Shown here: piece by piece, positions 17,470-26,494 of the stretch
Numbering within the stretch: position 1 is the first letter of the stretch
How the letters are laid out: every line of letters starts with the position of its first letter
Source of the DNA: Acidobacteriota bacterium
GTDB lineage: Bacteria; Acidobacteriota; UBA6911
Length of the DNA: 64,000 nt
Reading direction: 5' to 3'
Assembly: GCA_963664705.1 (NCBI GenBank)
Contig: OY761556.1
Coordinates: 6,814,785 to 6,878,784 of the forward strand
Made by a program: the position numbers and the translations under genes
Notes under the pieces: model-generated
Seen by the model: only the letters and a program-made list of their open reading frames with translations
Database searches by the model: none
What the model was told of the DNA's origin: nothing

Positions 17470-18051
17470 CTATTCGGGACGCGGAGAGAGGTTTCGACTT
17501 CGCATTTCCTCGGAATAGGCGCGCTTCATGCGCGCTACCCGGTCAAGCAACCCGGCGCAGAAGACTCTCGGGTCGAGAACTTTTAACGCTTCATTCGACA
17601 AAATCGCCAGTTGGGCTCGCCATTCGGATTCGTATTCCTCGTTGACAACATCCCGGTCGAGGATGGCGGCAGCGTGCGGCCCATACATTGTAGGGACCAT
17701 TACTCCCACGAGTTCCTTCCCCGATTCCTCGTCTTCCGTCGTCTTCATTTCATTGGGAATACCGAAGACTTCCAGTGCGGCCCGCGATTTTGCGATCTTT
17801 TCCGCAGCCCCGCCTCCGGGTACGTCCACGAACGAGCAAATACAAATGCCTCCGTTCGACCAGTCCGGCTTTACATCGTAATCCGCTATGGGTCCAGCCG
17901 CGGGGGATGGCTCGTGCAATCCTCGATCGGCTACTTCGGTATCGTAGGCCCCCTGCGCTGCCCTGGTCAGCTCATCGCGATCAATAGCGAGCAGTTCATC
18001 GTCAGATAAAGAAGCGTAATGGCGCTTTAGTTCGCGGAAACTGATCTCCAT
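17470..18051 (-). CDS. hypothetical protein
   Basis: Start trimmed to ATG 18051, which has GGAGG upstream. 193 aa beginning MEISFRELKRHYASLSDDELLAI; no recognisable catalytic motif. Confidence 0.45.
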   Translation of the reverse strand: MEISFRELKRHYASLSDDELLAIDRDELTRAAQGAYDTEVADRGLHEPSPAAGPIADYDVKPDWSNGGICICSFVDVPGGGAAEKIAKSRAALEVFGIPNEMKTTEDEESGKELVGVMVPTMYGPHAAAILDRDVVNEEYESEWRAQLAILSNEALKVLDPRVFCAGLLDRVARMKRAYSEEMRSRNLSPRPE

Positions 18052-18298
18052 AGATCCTCCAGAAAGGCAAAACGGATTTGCGGATTCCAAACCAGTGGAA
18101 TTCGCGAAATTCGTGGCGCTTTGTGATTCCAATACTCTTCTGGAGTGACAGCCTAATACAAAACGGGTGCAAAAATGCAGAAATTTGCAGGAAGCTCTCG
18201 CTTCAAAATGATAGGGGGGCGATGTTCGGAAAAGGGCCGTCATGGATCGGGGCATTTGCCCGGAGCCATGACGGTCCTTGGTTGTATTGCAGATTTCC

Positions 18299-19393
18299 CT
18301 AACTTACCTTCTCCAGGACATAGTAGTGCGGCGGCAGATGAAAATAGATGGTGTCTCCCGACTTCCATTCGAAGAAGAGATATTTTGTGCCTTTCAATTC
18401 TCTGAGTATGTATTTACAGGCCGTATGGTCTCCGCCTTTATTCAATACGACCCCTTTGGTCCACGACAGCCACCGCCTCGGAGCATCGACATTTCGCCTC
18501 CCTTCGGGGTTGTCTAAGACCATTTTCATCTTTCCGGCATCCAGGAAGGTCATTTCTTCCAGAAATAAAGGGACGCTCATTGCGCGTTTGCCGGGAATAA
18601 ACTGTTCGGGACTTTTTACAAAATCCACAGATTTCCATCTGCCAATGAGATCCGGATCATTTTCGAACGGCAGGTTAATATTGTCGACTGTCCGGTTCTT
18701 CTCGAGAATGGTTACCGGCACGGCTATCAAAAGGGTCAACGCCAGGAGTGTGCAGAATGCGACGCAGTACAAACGTCGGTTCGACGATTCCGCCGTGACA
18801 GCGTCTTCCTTAGGCAACTTCGTCCTGGCATAGATTCTCAGAGTTGAACTGAAGACGATATTGTAAAGAAGCACTGCCATCAGGATAACTGCTATCTTGG
18901 CAAATTCGTTGAAATAGCCTGCAAATAGGACAAAAAGCAGACCGCTTACGATTAAGGAAAATACCAGGGTCCAATTGGCAACCCTTTGAAATTTCCTCCT
19001 CATGGAAGGAGTTTTGCGGCACACGGCAATGCTCAGAAAAATGGAAGCAGTGAAGGCAATAATTGAGATGGATCCCATGAAAGCCATGAACATGACCGGG
19101 CTCGAGCTCAAAATTCCAATCAATATCCCCGCGGCCAGCGCAATGGCGGCCAGAATGATCGTTTTTTCAAGAATGTTTTTCTTTATTCGATGAATCAATT
19201 GAACGGGTACGGTGTCAATCGGGCTTTCTCCTTTTCCGGAATTCGCGAATACCAGATTATTCTTCAGTCCGGCCAGGGTTTGTCTGCAGTCCTCGCAGTT
19301 TTCAATATGTTTTGCGACCAGGTCATTGCTGGGCTCGCTCGTTAATTGCTCGATGTACATCGGGATTAAATCCTTGATAACACGGCAGTCCAT
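18299..19393 (-). CDS. anti-sigma factor (zf-HC2) with a multi-TM region and an extracytoplasmic C-terminal domain
   Basis: Its start overlaps the sigma-factor stop by 1 nt (TAATG). N-terminal zinc-finger motif H-x3-C-x2-C (KHIENCEDCRQ), about 5 hydrophobic helices, and then a domain of about 150 aa. Confidence 0.75.
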   Translation of the reverse strand: MDCRVIKDLIPMYIEQLTSEPSNDLVAKHIENCEDCRQTLAGLKNNLVFANSGKGESPIDTVPVQLIHRIKKNILEKTIILAAIALAAGILIGILSSSPVMFMAFMGSISIIAFTASIFLSIAVCRKTPSMRRKFQRVANWTLVFSLIVSGLLFVLFAGYFNEFAKIAVILMAVLLYNIVFSSTLRIYARTKLPKEDAVTAESSNRRLYCVAFCTLLALTLLIAVPVTILEKNRTVDNINLPFENDPDLIGRWKSVDFVKSPEQFIPGKRAMSVPLFLEEMTFLDAGKMKMVLDNPEGRRNVDAPRRWLSWTKGVVLNKGGDHTACKYILRELKGTKYLFFEWKSGDTIYFHLPPHYYVLEKVS

Positions 19394-19896
19394 TATGGCA
19401 CCTCACTAAGATCGTCGGATAAGAAGGCCCGTAATTGCAGTTTTGCGCGATAAAAGGTGGTTCTTGCCCATCCTTCGCTTCGGCTGAACAGTTCTCCCAC
19501 TTCCTTGAAACTCAACTCATTGAAAACGTGCAAATAGATAATTTCCCTGGATGGCGTGCTTAATTTGCTGAGGGCCGCTGCCAAATTCGAATTTTGCTCC
19601 GCCTCAAGAATGGCTGCTTCCAATAGCTCCGGCGACGCCACATTTTCAAGGTCATCAAGAGAGGTCATCCGTCCCTTGCGGGATTTGGATACGTGTTTGA
19701 GATAAACGTTTTTTGCAATTTGGTACAACCACGTGGAGACCTTTGAATTCCCTTTGAACCGGAAAATGGAGTCGATCGCCTGATAGAAGGTTTCCTGCAG
19801 GAGTTCTTCCGCCAACTGTCTGTCTCCGCTCAGACAGACCAGATATCGAAACAGCCGTTTGGCATATTGACGGTACAGCTCCTCGAAATCCTCCAA
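19393..19896 (-). CDS. ECF-type RNA polymerase sigma-70 factor
   Basis: 167 aa with region 2 (LAEELLQETFYQAIDSIFRFKGNSKVSTWLYQIAKNVYL) and a region 4 HTH (REIIYLHVFNELSFKEVGELFSRSEGWARTTFYRAKLQL). Confidence 0.88.
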   Translation of the reverse strand: MEDFEELYRQYAKRLFRYLVCLSGDRQLAEELLQETFYQAIDSIFRFKGNSKVSTWLYQIAKNVYLKHVSKSRKGRMTSLDDLENVASPELLEAAILEAEQNSNLAAALSKLSTPSREIIYLHVFNELSFKEVGELFSRSEGWARTTFYRAKLQLRAFLSDDLSEVP

Positions 19897-20040
19897 ACAA
19901 TCACCCCCTGTCCGTTACATGAGTACTCGGCAAGGCTATTTCGTTACAAAAAAAGTAATGCGGCGCGATCGGTATCTTTAGCCTTTGTTGACATTACTAT
20001 GGGGACGAAACTATAGTCGAATTTTTGACTGGAAGCCCTG

Positions 20041-21429
20041 ATGAAAAAATCCAAAATGTTCGGTTTGTGTCTCGCGGTACTGGTAGGTGTTGCCATCTTG
20101 CTTTTGCCTGCTCCCTCCGGAATGTCCGACCCGGCAAAATCAATGCTGGCTGTTGCCGCCTTTACCATCATGCTCTGGTTGTTTCAGGTAATGAACAACG
20201 CGGTGGCTTCCATCCTGATGATGGGGTTTATGGTTTTGTTGGGCGCCAAACCGCAGCTCGTATTAAGCGGATTTGCCAGCCCCTCATTCTGGATCCTTCT
20301 GTGCGTGCTTTACTATGGATGCGCCATGGACCGAACCGGTCTGGCACATCGGCTGTCTTATTATGTCTTATCACTTTTTCCCGGGACGTACACCGGAATA
20401 CTCTCTGCCTTCTTTGTGATCGGCCTGGTGCTGGCATTCGGAATCCCGTCCATGACGGTACGTACCGCCATCATGGTGCCGATCGCCTGGGCACTGGTGC
20501 AATCGCTGGATATTCCGGCGCGCAGCCGGGGATCCGCCCTGATCATGCTGACTTCCATTGAAATGGCGGTCTTGCCAGGATGCGCTATTCTCTATGGTTC
20601 GCTGTTTGGTCCTGTGGTGGATTCCGTATTCCAGGCGAAGCATCTTCCTTTGAGCTGGCTTGGATATGCAAAGGTTTTGACAGTTCCTACTCTCATTCTT
20701 TGTGTATTTGTCCTGATCATCAACCCGCTCATAATGCGGCCTGAAAAGAGGCTTCAATCATCGCCAGCCTTTGCCAAAGAAAGGCTGAAGGCGCTTGGCT
20801 CCATCAAACGCGAAGAGCTTATCACGATGGCCATTGTTGCTGTCTCCATTGCCTATTGGGCGACGGATCGAATCCATCACATGCCCAGCTTCCTGATAGG
20901 CATGTTTGGCCTGGCGGTATTTGCCCTGACCGGAATCATTAAGGATCCGGATATAGGTGGGGGCGTTTCCTGGACGCTGCTCATTTTTATCGGCGGCGTT
21001 TTTGGCCTGGCGAATATCATCCAGGATTACAAAATTACCGAATGGCTCTCTGCGACTTTTCTGCCGATAGCGCAAAAACTGGCGTTCAGCCCCATCTTGC
21101 TGTTTATCGTAATGGCTTTGGCCTTTTTTCTGATGCGGTTTCTGGATCCGACCGGATTCATCGCAATTCCCGTGCTCTTTCTGCCGGTGTCGGACATGAT
21201 GATGGCTGCAGGAATACCACCGCTTGTCCTAACCGCGCCGCTGATTCTTTCGATAGGCCCCTTCTGGCTTTCGCACCAGAATTTTTGGATAGCCATGGGG
21301 GAGGGGATGACGTCCAATCAGGCCTTCAGCGCCGGACAGCGCGTCAGCCTCGCCAACGTGTATGGTCTTACCGTTTTGATCTCGATCGTTGTGAGTGTCG
21401 GCTATTGGAAGCTGATCGGCCTTCTGTAG
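20041..21429 (+). CDS. DASS/SLC13-type anion (di/tricarboxylate or sulfate) permease
   Basis: 462-aa polytopic membrane protein whose N-terminal pattern ...LLLPAP.GMS..A..MLAV.AF...LW and overall repeat layout are typical of the ArsB/NhaD-DASS superfamily. Confidence 0.65.
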   Translation: MKKSKMFGLCLAVLVGVAILLLPAPSGMSDPAKSMLAVAAFTIMLWLFQVMNNAVASILMMGFMVLLGAKPQLVLSGFASPSFWILLCVLYYGCAMDRTGLAHRLSYYVLSLFPGTYTGILSAFFVIGLVLAFGIPSMTVRTAIMVPIAWALVQSLDIPARSRGSALIMLTSIEMAVLPGCAILYGSLFGPVVDSVFQAKHLPLSWLGYAKVLTVPTLILCVFVLIINPLIMRPEKRLQSSPAFAKERLKALGSIKREELITMAIVAVSIAYWATDRIHHMPSFLIGMFGLAVFALTGIIKDPDIGGGVSWTLLIFIGGVFGLANIIQDYKITEWLSATFLPIAQKLAFSPILLFIVMALAFFLMRFLDPTGFIAIPVLFLPVSDMMMAAGIPPLVLTAPLILSIGPFWLSHQNFWIAMGEGMTSNQAFSAGQRVSLANVYGLTVLISIVVSVGYWKLIGLL

Positions 21430-21675
21430 GGAGTGCGCGGATCAAAGGTCAAGATGCACGGCGGCGCTAACGCGCATGTATTCTTCCTGAAGTTTATCCC
21501 GCAATGAACAATTCTTGTTTGGAGCGAGCAATACTTTCGCCCCTGTCTATTTCCTAACGGGCCTCCGGCCCTTTTAAATCGAAGCCAATTTAGACCGGCC
21601 TGACGTTCATAGCTCCAGAAGCCATTCTGCGTCGATTGACGCTTCCACAAAAAATGTGTTCAATACCTAGCCGTG

Positions 21676-21693
21676 CTATGTAATAATACATAG
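21676..21693. promoter_or_regulatory. candidate PadR operator palindrome
   Basis: Perfect 7-4-7 inverted repeat CTATGTA-ATAA-TACATAG about 30 nt upstream of the padR-like start. It contains an ATGT...ACAT core, and a further half-site CTATGTAAC follows at 21699-21707. Confidence 0.5.
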
Positions 21694-21724
21694 CGCATCT
21701 ATGTAACAATTCTGGAGGCTAGTC

Positions 21725-22063
21725 ATGATCTCGAAAGAACTGGTGGCCGCTTCAGCAAAGCCCTTGATCCTCTCAATCCTGGCTGGAGGTGAGAGCTATG
21801 GATATGAGCTCATACAGCGCGTGCGACTTCTTTCGGACGGAGAGGTGAATTGGAAGGATGGGATGCTCTATCCGGTCCTTCACCGTCTGGAAAACCAGGG
21901 ATTAATCCGTTCGGAATGGCGTTGCAGCGAGTCCGAGCGCAAACGCAAATACTATTTGATTACGCAGAAGGGCAAAAAGGTTCTTAAGGCGGAAAAGGCT
22001 CAATGGGAACGCGTCAATTCCACTCTGAATAAATCCTGGGAGGTGAAATTATGCCAATCGTAG
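21725..22063 (+). CDS. PadR-family transcriptional regulator
   Basis: 112 aa; winged-HTH signature LILSILAGGESYGYELIQRV...DGMLYPVLHRLENQGLIRSEW......RKYYLITQKG; GGAGG RBS. Confidence 0.9.
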   Translation: MISKELVAASAKPLILSILAGGESYGYELIQRVRLLSDGEVNWKDGMLYPVLHRLENQGLIRSEWRCSESERKRKYYLITQKGKKVLKAEKAQWERVNSTLNKSWEVKLCQS

Positions 22064-22773
22064 ACAAGCGCATTCAGGAATGGCGTTGGAGCTTGCAGCA
22101 GAGGGATGTATTTAAGCCTGAAGATCTGGACGAGCTGGAAAGCCACCTCAAGGATGAAATCGGTTTGCTGCAAAAGGCCGGATTAACGGAGGAGGAATCC
22201 TTTTGGGTAGCAGCCCGGAGAGTGGGGGAAGGGAAAGAGCTGGTCGAGGAATACCGGAAAATTAATCCGGGCATGATTTGGAAGCAGCGGATTTTCTGGA
22301 TGCTGGGTGGATATTTTCTGATCAATCTCTTCCTTTTGCTGAATGATATTGCTCAGACCGCTTATCTATTCCTGGTCCCCTGGGGTACCGTGCAATCGTT
22401 CTTTTGGGGGGCTGACCTGCGAATTCCCGTGATTCCCTGCATCCTGGGAATTCTGTTTTTCGGGATTGTTTATTTTTGGCTTACGAGAAGGCGTTCTCAA
22501 TTCAGCCACGGGTTGCAACCTATCCATGTAAACCGCAGGTGGAAAGCAATTGGCATAGTCATGCTTGTGGCTGCCCTTTCCGCCTCGATGGTTGCCTGCT
22601 GGGTTTGGTTGACATTATTCATCCGAACGATCTCTCCCCAATTGCTTGCTCAAATCAGCGCAACCAATAGCCTTTTTGCTCTGATTTTCAAGCTGCTGAT
22701 TGCCATGATTTTTGTACGCCTGGCAATAGGGTTTCTGCTACAAGGGGAAAAGGGAGAGACTGAATCGGAATAG
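22051..22773 (+). CDS. PadR-associated membrane protein
   Basis: Overlaps the padR stop by 13 nt. It has an N-terminal soluble helical segment (ELESHLKDEIGLLQKAGLTEEESFWVAARRVGE) and then about 5 TM helices. Confidence 0.6.
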   Translation: MPIVDKRIQEWRWSLQQRDVFKPEDLDELESHLKDEIGLLQKAGLTEEESFWVAARRVGEGKELVEEYRKINPGMIWKQRIFWMLGGYFLINLFLLLNDIAQTAYLFLVPWGTVQSFFWGADLRIPVIPCILGILFFGIVYFWLTRRRSQFSHGLQPIHVNRRWKAIGIVMLVAALSASMVACWVWLTLFIRTISPQLLAQISATNSLFALIFKLLIAMIFVRLAIGFLLQGEKGETESE

Positions 22774-22832
22774 GGAATAATGTTTTTGGGATGTAATGAA
22801 AGCTTCTCCGCAGCCAAGTTGCTGAGCCCCAC

Positions 22833-23205
22833 TGGGAGCACCGGCGCTCCAGGCTAATGTTGCATATTATTTGCCCGAGGAAGCTGGAAGCGCGATGCAT
22901 CTCAGCCCCAGCGGGGCGGTCAGAAAGTAGCCGGGGGTGAAGCGCAGCGAACCCCCGGCCAGCATGAAATTTAAAGGAGCCCCGGAGGGGGCGAAAGATA
23001 TTTCCGTTCATCCACATGATCTAAAGCTGAACATTGGAGAGGGGCTCACCGTTTCTGGCGCCCTGCCAGGGCTCTTTCTCGCGCTTATCTTTACCGGGGG
23101 TTCGCTGCGCTTCGCCCCCGGCTACGATCTTTCGGCCCTCCAGGCCTGGACAAAACCGAAGTTTGAGTTTTGAGACAGCCTCGCCGGCTCTCCCAGTGAA
23201 GAGCT
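22833..23205. repeat. MITE-like hairpin-module repeat, copy B
   Basis: Contains the TIR-like AATGTTGCATATTATTTGCCC, GTAGCCGGGGGTGAAGCGCAGCGAACCCCCGG and its inverse ACCGGGGGTTCGCTGCGCTTCGCCCCCGGCTAC, and GGGGGCGAAAGATATTTCCG. Confidence 0.7.
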
Positions 23206-23224
23206 TCGTCGCTTAACTCCGGAT

Positions 23225-23908
23225 CTATTCTTTACCGGGCAGCTTTAAGGCATCGAATTTTCGTTCGATCCGATCCAGGCGATCTCGATATTCTGCGGTA
23301 TCGTTGAAATAGGCTGCATTCCACCGCATCATTTGAATCGAAGAGTCCGGGACATAGTTGTCCGGCAAACAGCGTTCCAGCAGGGCTTCAGCAAGATAGT
23401 ATTCCCGCAAGGTGTCGTGGATATTCACAATTTCCTCAGCTACATTGATATTCGGAAATAATACATAGCCATCCGCATCCGCGTGAGGATGATCCGGGAC
23501 GTAGCGTTTGACTGGAGGTGCATTGTCGCTCACAACGGAGGCGTTCCCATTTTTGTCAATCAGGATATCTTTTTTTCGATAGGGCGCTACACCGGCGGGC
23601 CATGAGTTCCTGGCATTGACCACATTTCCCACGATCAGTTCCATCCGCATCTTCATAATATTAAGAAACTTGATAACCAGGGGGACGGTTTCCGGCGTGC
23701 CATGCACATATATGCGCAACAATCCGTTCGAATCTGTTTCCAGTTTTGCGCCGCGGCTTCGAAGAAACTCCAAAAACAAGGTATCCTTTACCTGACTTTC
23801 AATCATTGTGTAGTATCTGGAACGATCGCGTCCAAAAACATAATCCTGCCCTTGAAGAGCCAAAAACAGGAACATAAGCGACGTCAGCCAAAGCATAGTT
23901 CTCTTCAT
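23225..23908 (-). CDS. secreted hypothetical protein
   Basis: 227-aa ORF with signal peptide MKRTMLWLTSLMFLFLALQG; no recognisable domain. Confidence 0.5.
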   Translation of the reverse strand: MKRTMLWLTSLMFLFLALQGQDYVFGRDRSRYYTMIESQVKDTLFLEFLRSRGAKLETDSNGLLRIYVHGTPETVPLVIKFLNIMKMRMELIVGNVVNARNSWPAGVAPYRKKDILIDKNGNASVVSDNAPPVKRYVPDHPHADADGYVLFPNINVAEEIVNIHDTLREYYLAEALLERCLPDNYVPDSSIQMMRWNAAYFNDTAEYRDRLDRIERKFDALKLPGKE

Positions 23909-24125
23909 AGTCCCTCAATTGGTTTTATTGGCCCCCCCTAAAAGCGTGTGCCATCTGTCCGATGTGCAATCGCTGTGCCAGGGAGTAAGGGCAATTGTGC
24001 GACTAGATAAATTAAGTGATTTCAACCAGATACGGACCAAAAGGGCCCGCCTTCCGCTCTTGGCCCGGATAAACAACAGTCAATGTGTTGACAGTCAGGC
24101 GGCAAGCGTTTTGAAGTTTTTATAT

Positions 24126-24320
24126 TTGAACCGCGAAGACCGCGAAGATTTTTGGGCTCATTTTGCTGCTGGGCAATGAGATAGTGTGATGGATAGGAAA
24201 GAGGTTGCGAATCATATTGTCGATTCAGCGGTGGCAATCCATACAGCGAGAGAATTGCAGGAGTCCGTTTATCAGCGGCGCCTATTATATGAAGCAGCAA
24301 GGATGGAATCCAGCGTATGA
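24126..24320 (+). pseudogene. possible degraded GxxExxY-family (PD-(D/E)XK-like) gene remnant
   Basis: The reading LNREDREDF...(stop)...DRKEVANHIVDSAVAIH..RELQESVYQRRLLYE resembles the N-terminus of GxxExxY proteins (IV.AAIEVHRELGPGLLESVYE), but it is interrupted by a stop, carries a deletion and is truncated. Confidence 0.3.
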
Positions 24321-24661
24321 TCTGGCGAAAACGATAACCATAAAACCTGCAAAAATATTTTCCTTGCGGTCTTCGAGGTCTTTGCGGTTAATGGGGTTAC
24401 TATTTCGGTCAAGCCAGGTAAAAGCTATTTTTTGCTTTTTCCCCAGCGCGCTATGGCTGCCTTTAGGGTTATTGCTCTCCCTCTTCTTTGCAGGAGCTTC
24501 TCGTTTCCTTTTTTCCAGCCTTTAAGATCGGTAAGCCTGCCTACCACCAGATTCCTGGAATGGTTCCCGGCTGAGGAAGTCGGCGGCTCATCCAAATCGT
24601 CTTCGCGTCTTTCCATTTTCTTGCCGTTTGAGAGAGATGCGCCTGGCTTGGCTATCCCTAT

Positions 24662-24991
24662 CTATTGTGATGGCTCGCGTCCGAGTCCGAAAATGGTTTG
24701 CGCGGCTGCCGGCTGCTTCCTGTAAAGCAATGCAGCCAGGAACGATCCAAATGTAAAACCAATCGCCATCCTGATGAGGATCTCGCACAGCATCGATATC
24801 GCATCGGTGCTCGATCGCCAGAAACTCGAAGTGCCGACCAGATTGACCGCGCTAATGGCCAGGCAAAGCCCCACACAAATCGAACTGATCCAGATCTTCC
24901 TGGATCCGCGCCCGTGAGCACCGGCAACAGCCGGGATGTAACACGCGAGAAGACCAAGCACAAAGCCGAATGCTTTCATGAATCCTGCCAT
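24662..24991 (-). CDS. small integral membrane protein
   Basis: 109-aa ORF with 3 hydrophobic helices; no motif recognised. Confidence 0.4.
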   Translation of the reverse strand: MAGFMKAFGFVLGLLACYIPAVAGAHGRGSRKIWISSICVGLCLAISAVNLVGTSSFWRSSTDAISMLCEILIRMAIGFTFGSFLAALLYRKQPAAAQTIFGLGREPSQ

Positions 24992-25267
24992 GAGCCCTCC
25001 GTGAGCATGCTGGTGTGAATAAACCTTATCGTTTTAATATGGCAAATTGTTATAATATATATTGCAAAAGGTTATAGGTGTCAACTGAAATATGCTTTCT
25101 GGAGTTCATGATCGGCAGGATAGGTTTGCGGAATCCTCCGGCCTCCCAGACTCAATGGCCAAACAGCCGGTTTTCCCTTGACAGGGTAGAGCCTCCGGTT
25201 GCCTTATAATGCCAGTCCCAAAAATCTCAACCGAATGTTTTCTTATCCAATATGAAAGGGTATCGGA

Positions 25268-26314
25268 ATGAAATTCAGACAATTGAGCATTACACTCATA
25301 CTGCTTGCATCCCTTATCCTGCTGGGAGCCTGTGGTCCTCAGGCGAAACAGGAATCTGCGCCGAACGCTCCGGCAAAGCCGGCCATTACCCTGGATCGAC
25401 AGGCCCTTGTCGACATGATGGGCAAATATCTGGCTGCATTGGTGAAACATGACCCCGCGGCCGTGCCATTTGCGGAGAAGGTGAAGTTTACGGAGAACAC
25501 CGCGGAGATACCTGTAGGCAAAGGGCTGTGGGTCACCACAACCAGCGGTCCCCTGGAGTTCCAGATCTATGCCGCCGATCCTGTCGCGCAACAGGTGGCC
25601 GGCCTGGTAATGATGAAGGAAGTCAACAAGGACATCCTGTTGGGCGTGCGGCTTAAATTGGTGGACGGCAAGATTACCGAAGCCGAACACCATGCAATTC
25701 GTGATCTGGGCACGAGTCCCATGGGTGCCAGTGCCCTGAAAAACCTGAAGACCGCACGGCCCGGTCTGATTGAGGATGTGCCGGCGGCGGAACGGAGCCC
25801 TCGCGATCTGCTGATCAAGAACGGGCTTGCCTATTATGATGCGCTCACCGGAGAAGACGGCAAGCTGGTACCTTTTGCGGATGAATGTGAGCGTCACGAG
25901 AACGGCGCTTTGACCGCAGGCGGAAAACCTGAGGCCAGTTCAGCGACTGCCCCGGCCGATCCCCAATTTGCGGAAATGATGAAGGCTATGGCGGCAGCAG
26001 GCCCGGTTCCCAATACCTGTGAAGCACAAATGAGCACCGGCCAGTTTTCCTACATTACGGAAATCCGGAACCGCCGCGTGCTGATCGGCGATGAACAGAA
26101 GGGCCTCGCCGTTGGATTTTCAATGTTCTATCACGACAGCTCTCTGAAGGAGTACAAGTACAAAGGCTCCAAAGGGGAGAAGATGCTTCCTTCCTGGCAG
26201 GGAACCTTTAACATGGCCGGCATGCACGTCTTCAAGATCAAAAACGGTAAGATGTACGATATCGAAGCAACCGGCATCGTTCTGCCCTACGGCAACAAAT
26301 CCGGGTGGGAATAG
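25268..26314 (+). CDS. lipoprotein, member 1 of a three-member paralog family in this window
   Basis: Lipobox LILLGAC. It shares the core L..Y..A.V..D...(F/L)....(F/R).TEN......G.GLW.T.......Y..D and the C-terminal half with 32323-33231 and 45067-46044. Confidence 0.7.
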   Translation: MKFRQLSITLILLASLILLGACGPQAKQESAPNAPAKPAITLDRQALVDMMGKYLAALVKHDPAAVPFAEKVKFTENTAEIPVGKGLWVTTTSGPLEFQIYAADPVAQQVAGLVMMKEVNKDILLGVRLKLVDGKITEAEHHAIRDLGTSPMGASALKNLKTARPGLIEDVPAAERSPRDLLIKNGLAYYDALTGEDGKLVPFADECERHENGALTAGGKPEASSATAPADPQFAEMMKAMAAAGPVPNTCEAQMSTGQFSYITEIRNRRVLIGDEQKGLAVGFSMFYHDSSLKEYKYKGSKGEKMLPSWQGTFNMAGMHVFKIKNGKMYDIEATGIVLPYGNKSGWE

Positions 26315-26494
26315 ATCGTCGCATTTGGCCGCCGTCAGCGGGCTAATGACGGATTGCTTTTCTGCGGACAACGATAAAGGGCGGCGGTTGGCCCGGTTGC
26401 AATGGGCCGGCCGCAGGCAAGGCCAGGCGGCCTTGCCTGCGGCCGCAATTCCATCCTTCATCAGATAGACTGCTGTCGACGCGGAGGTTCGCTC

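Noticed and set aside
21559-21575. GGGCC-TCC-GGCCC followed by TTTT, as a terminator for the DASS permease gene
   Set aside because: It has only a 5-bp stem and a 4-T tract, and lies 130 nt past the stop codon. It is plausible but too weak to list as a feature.
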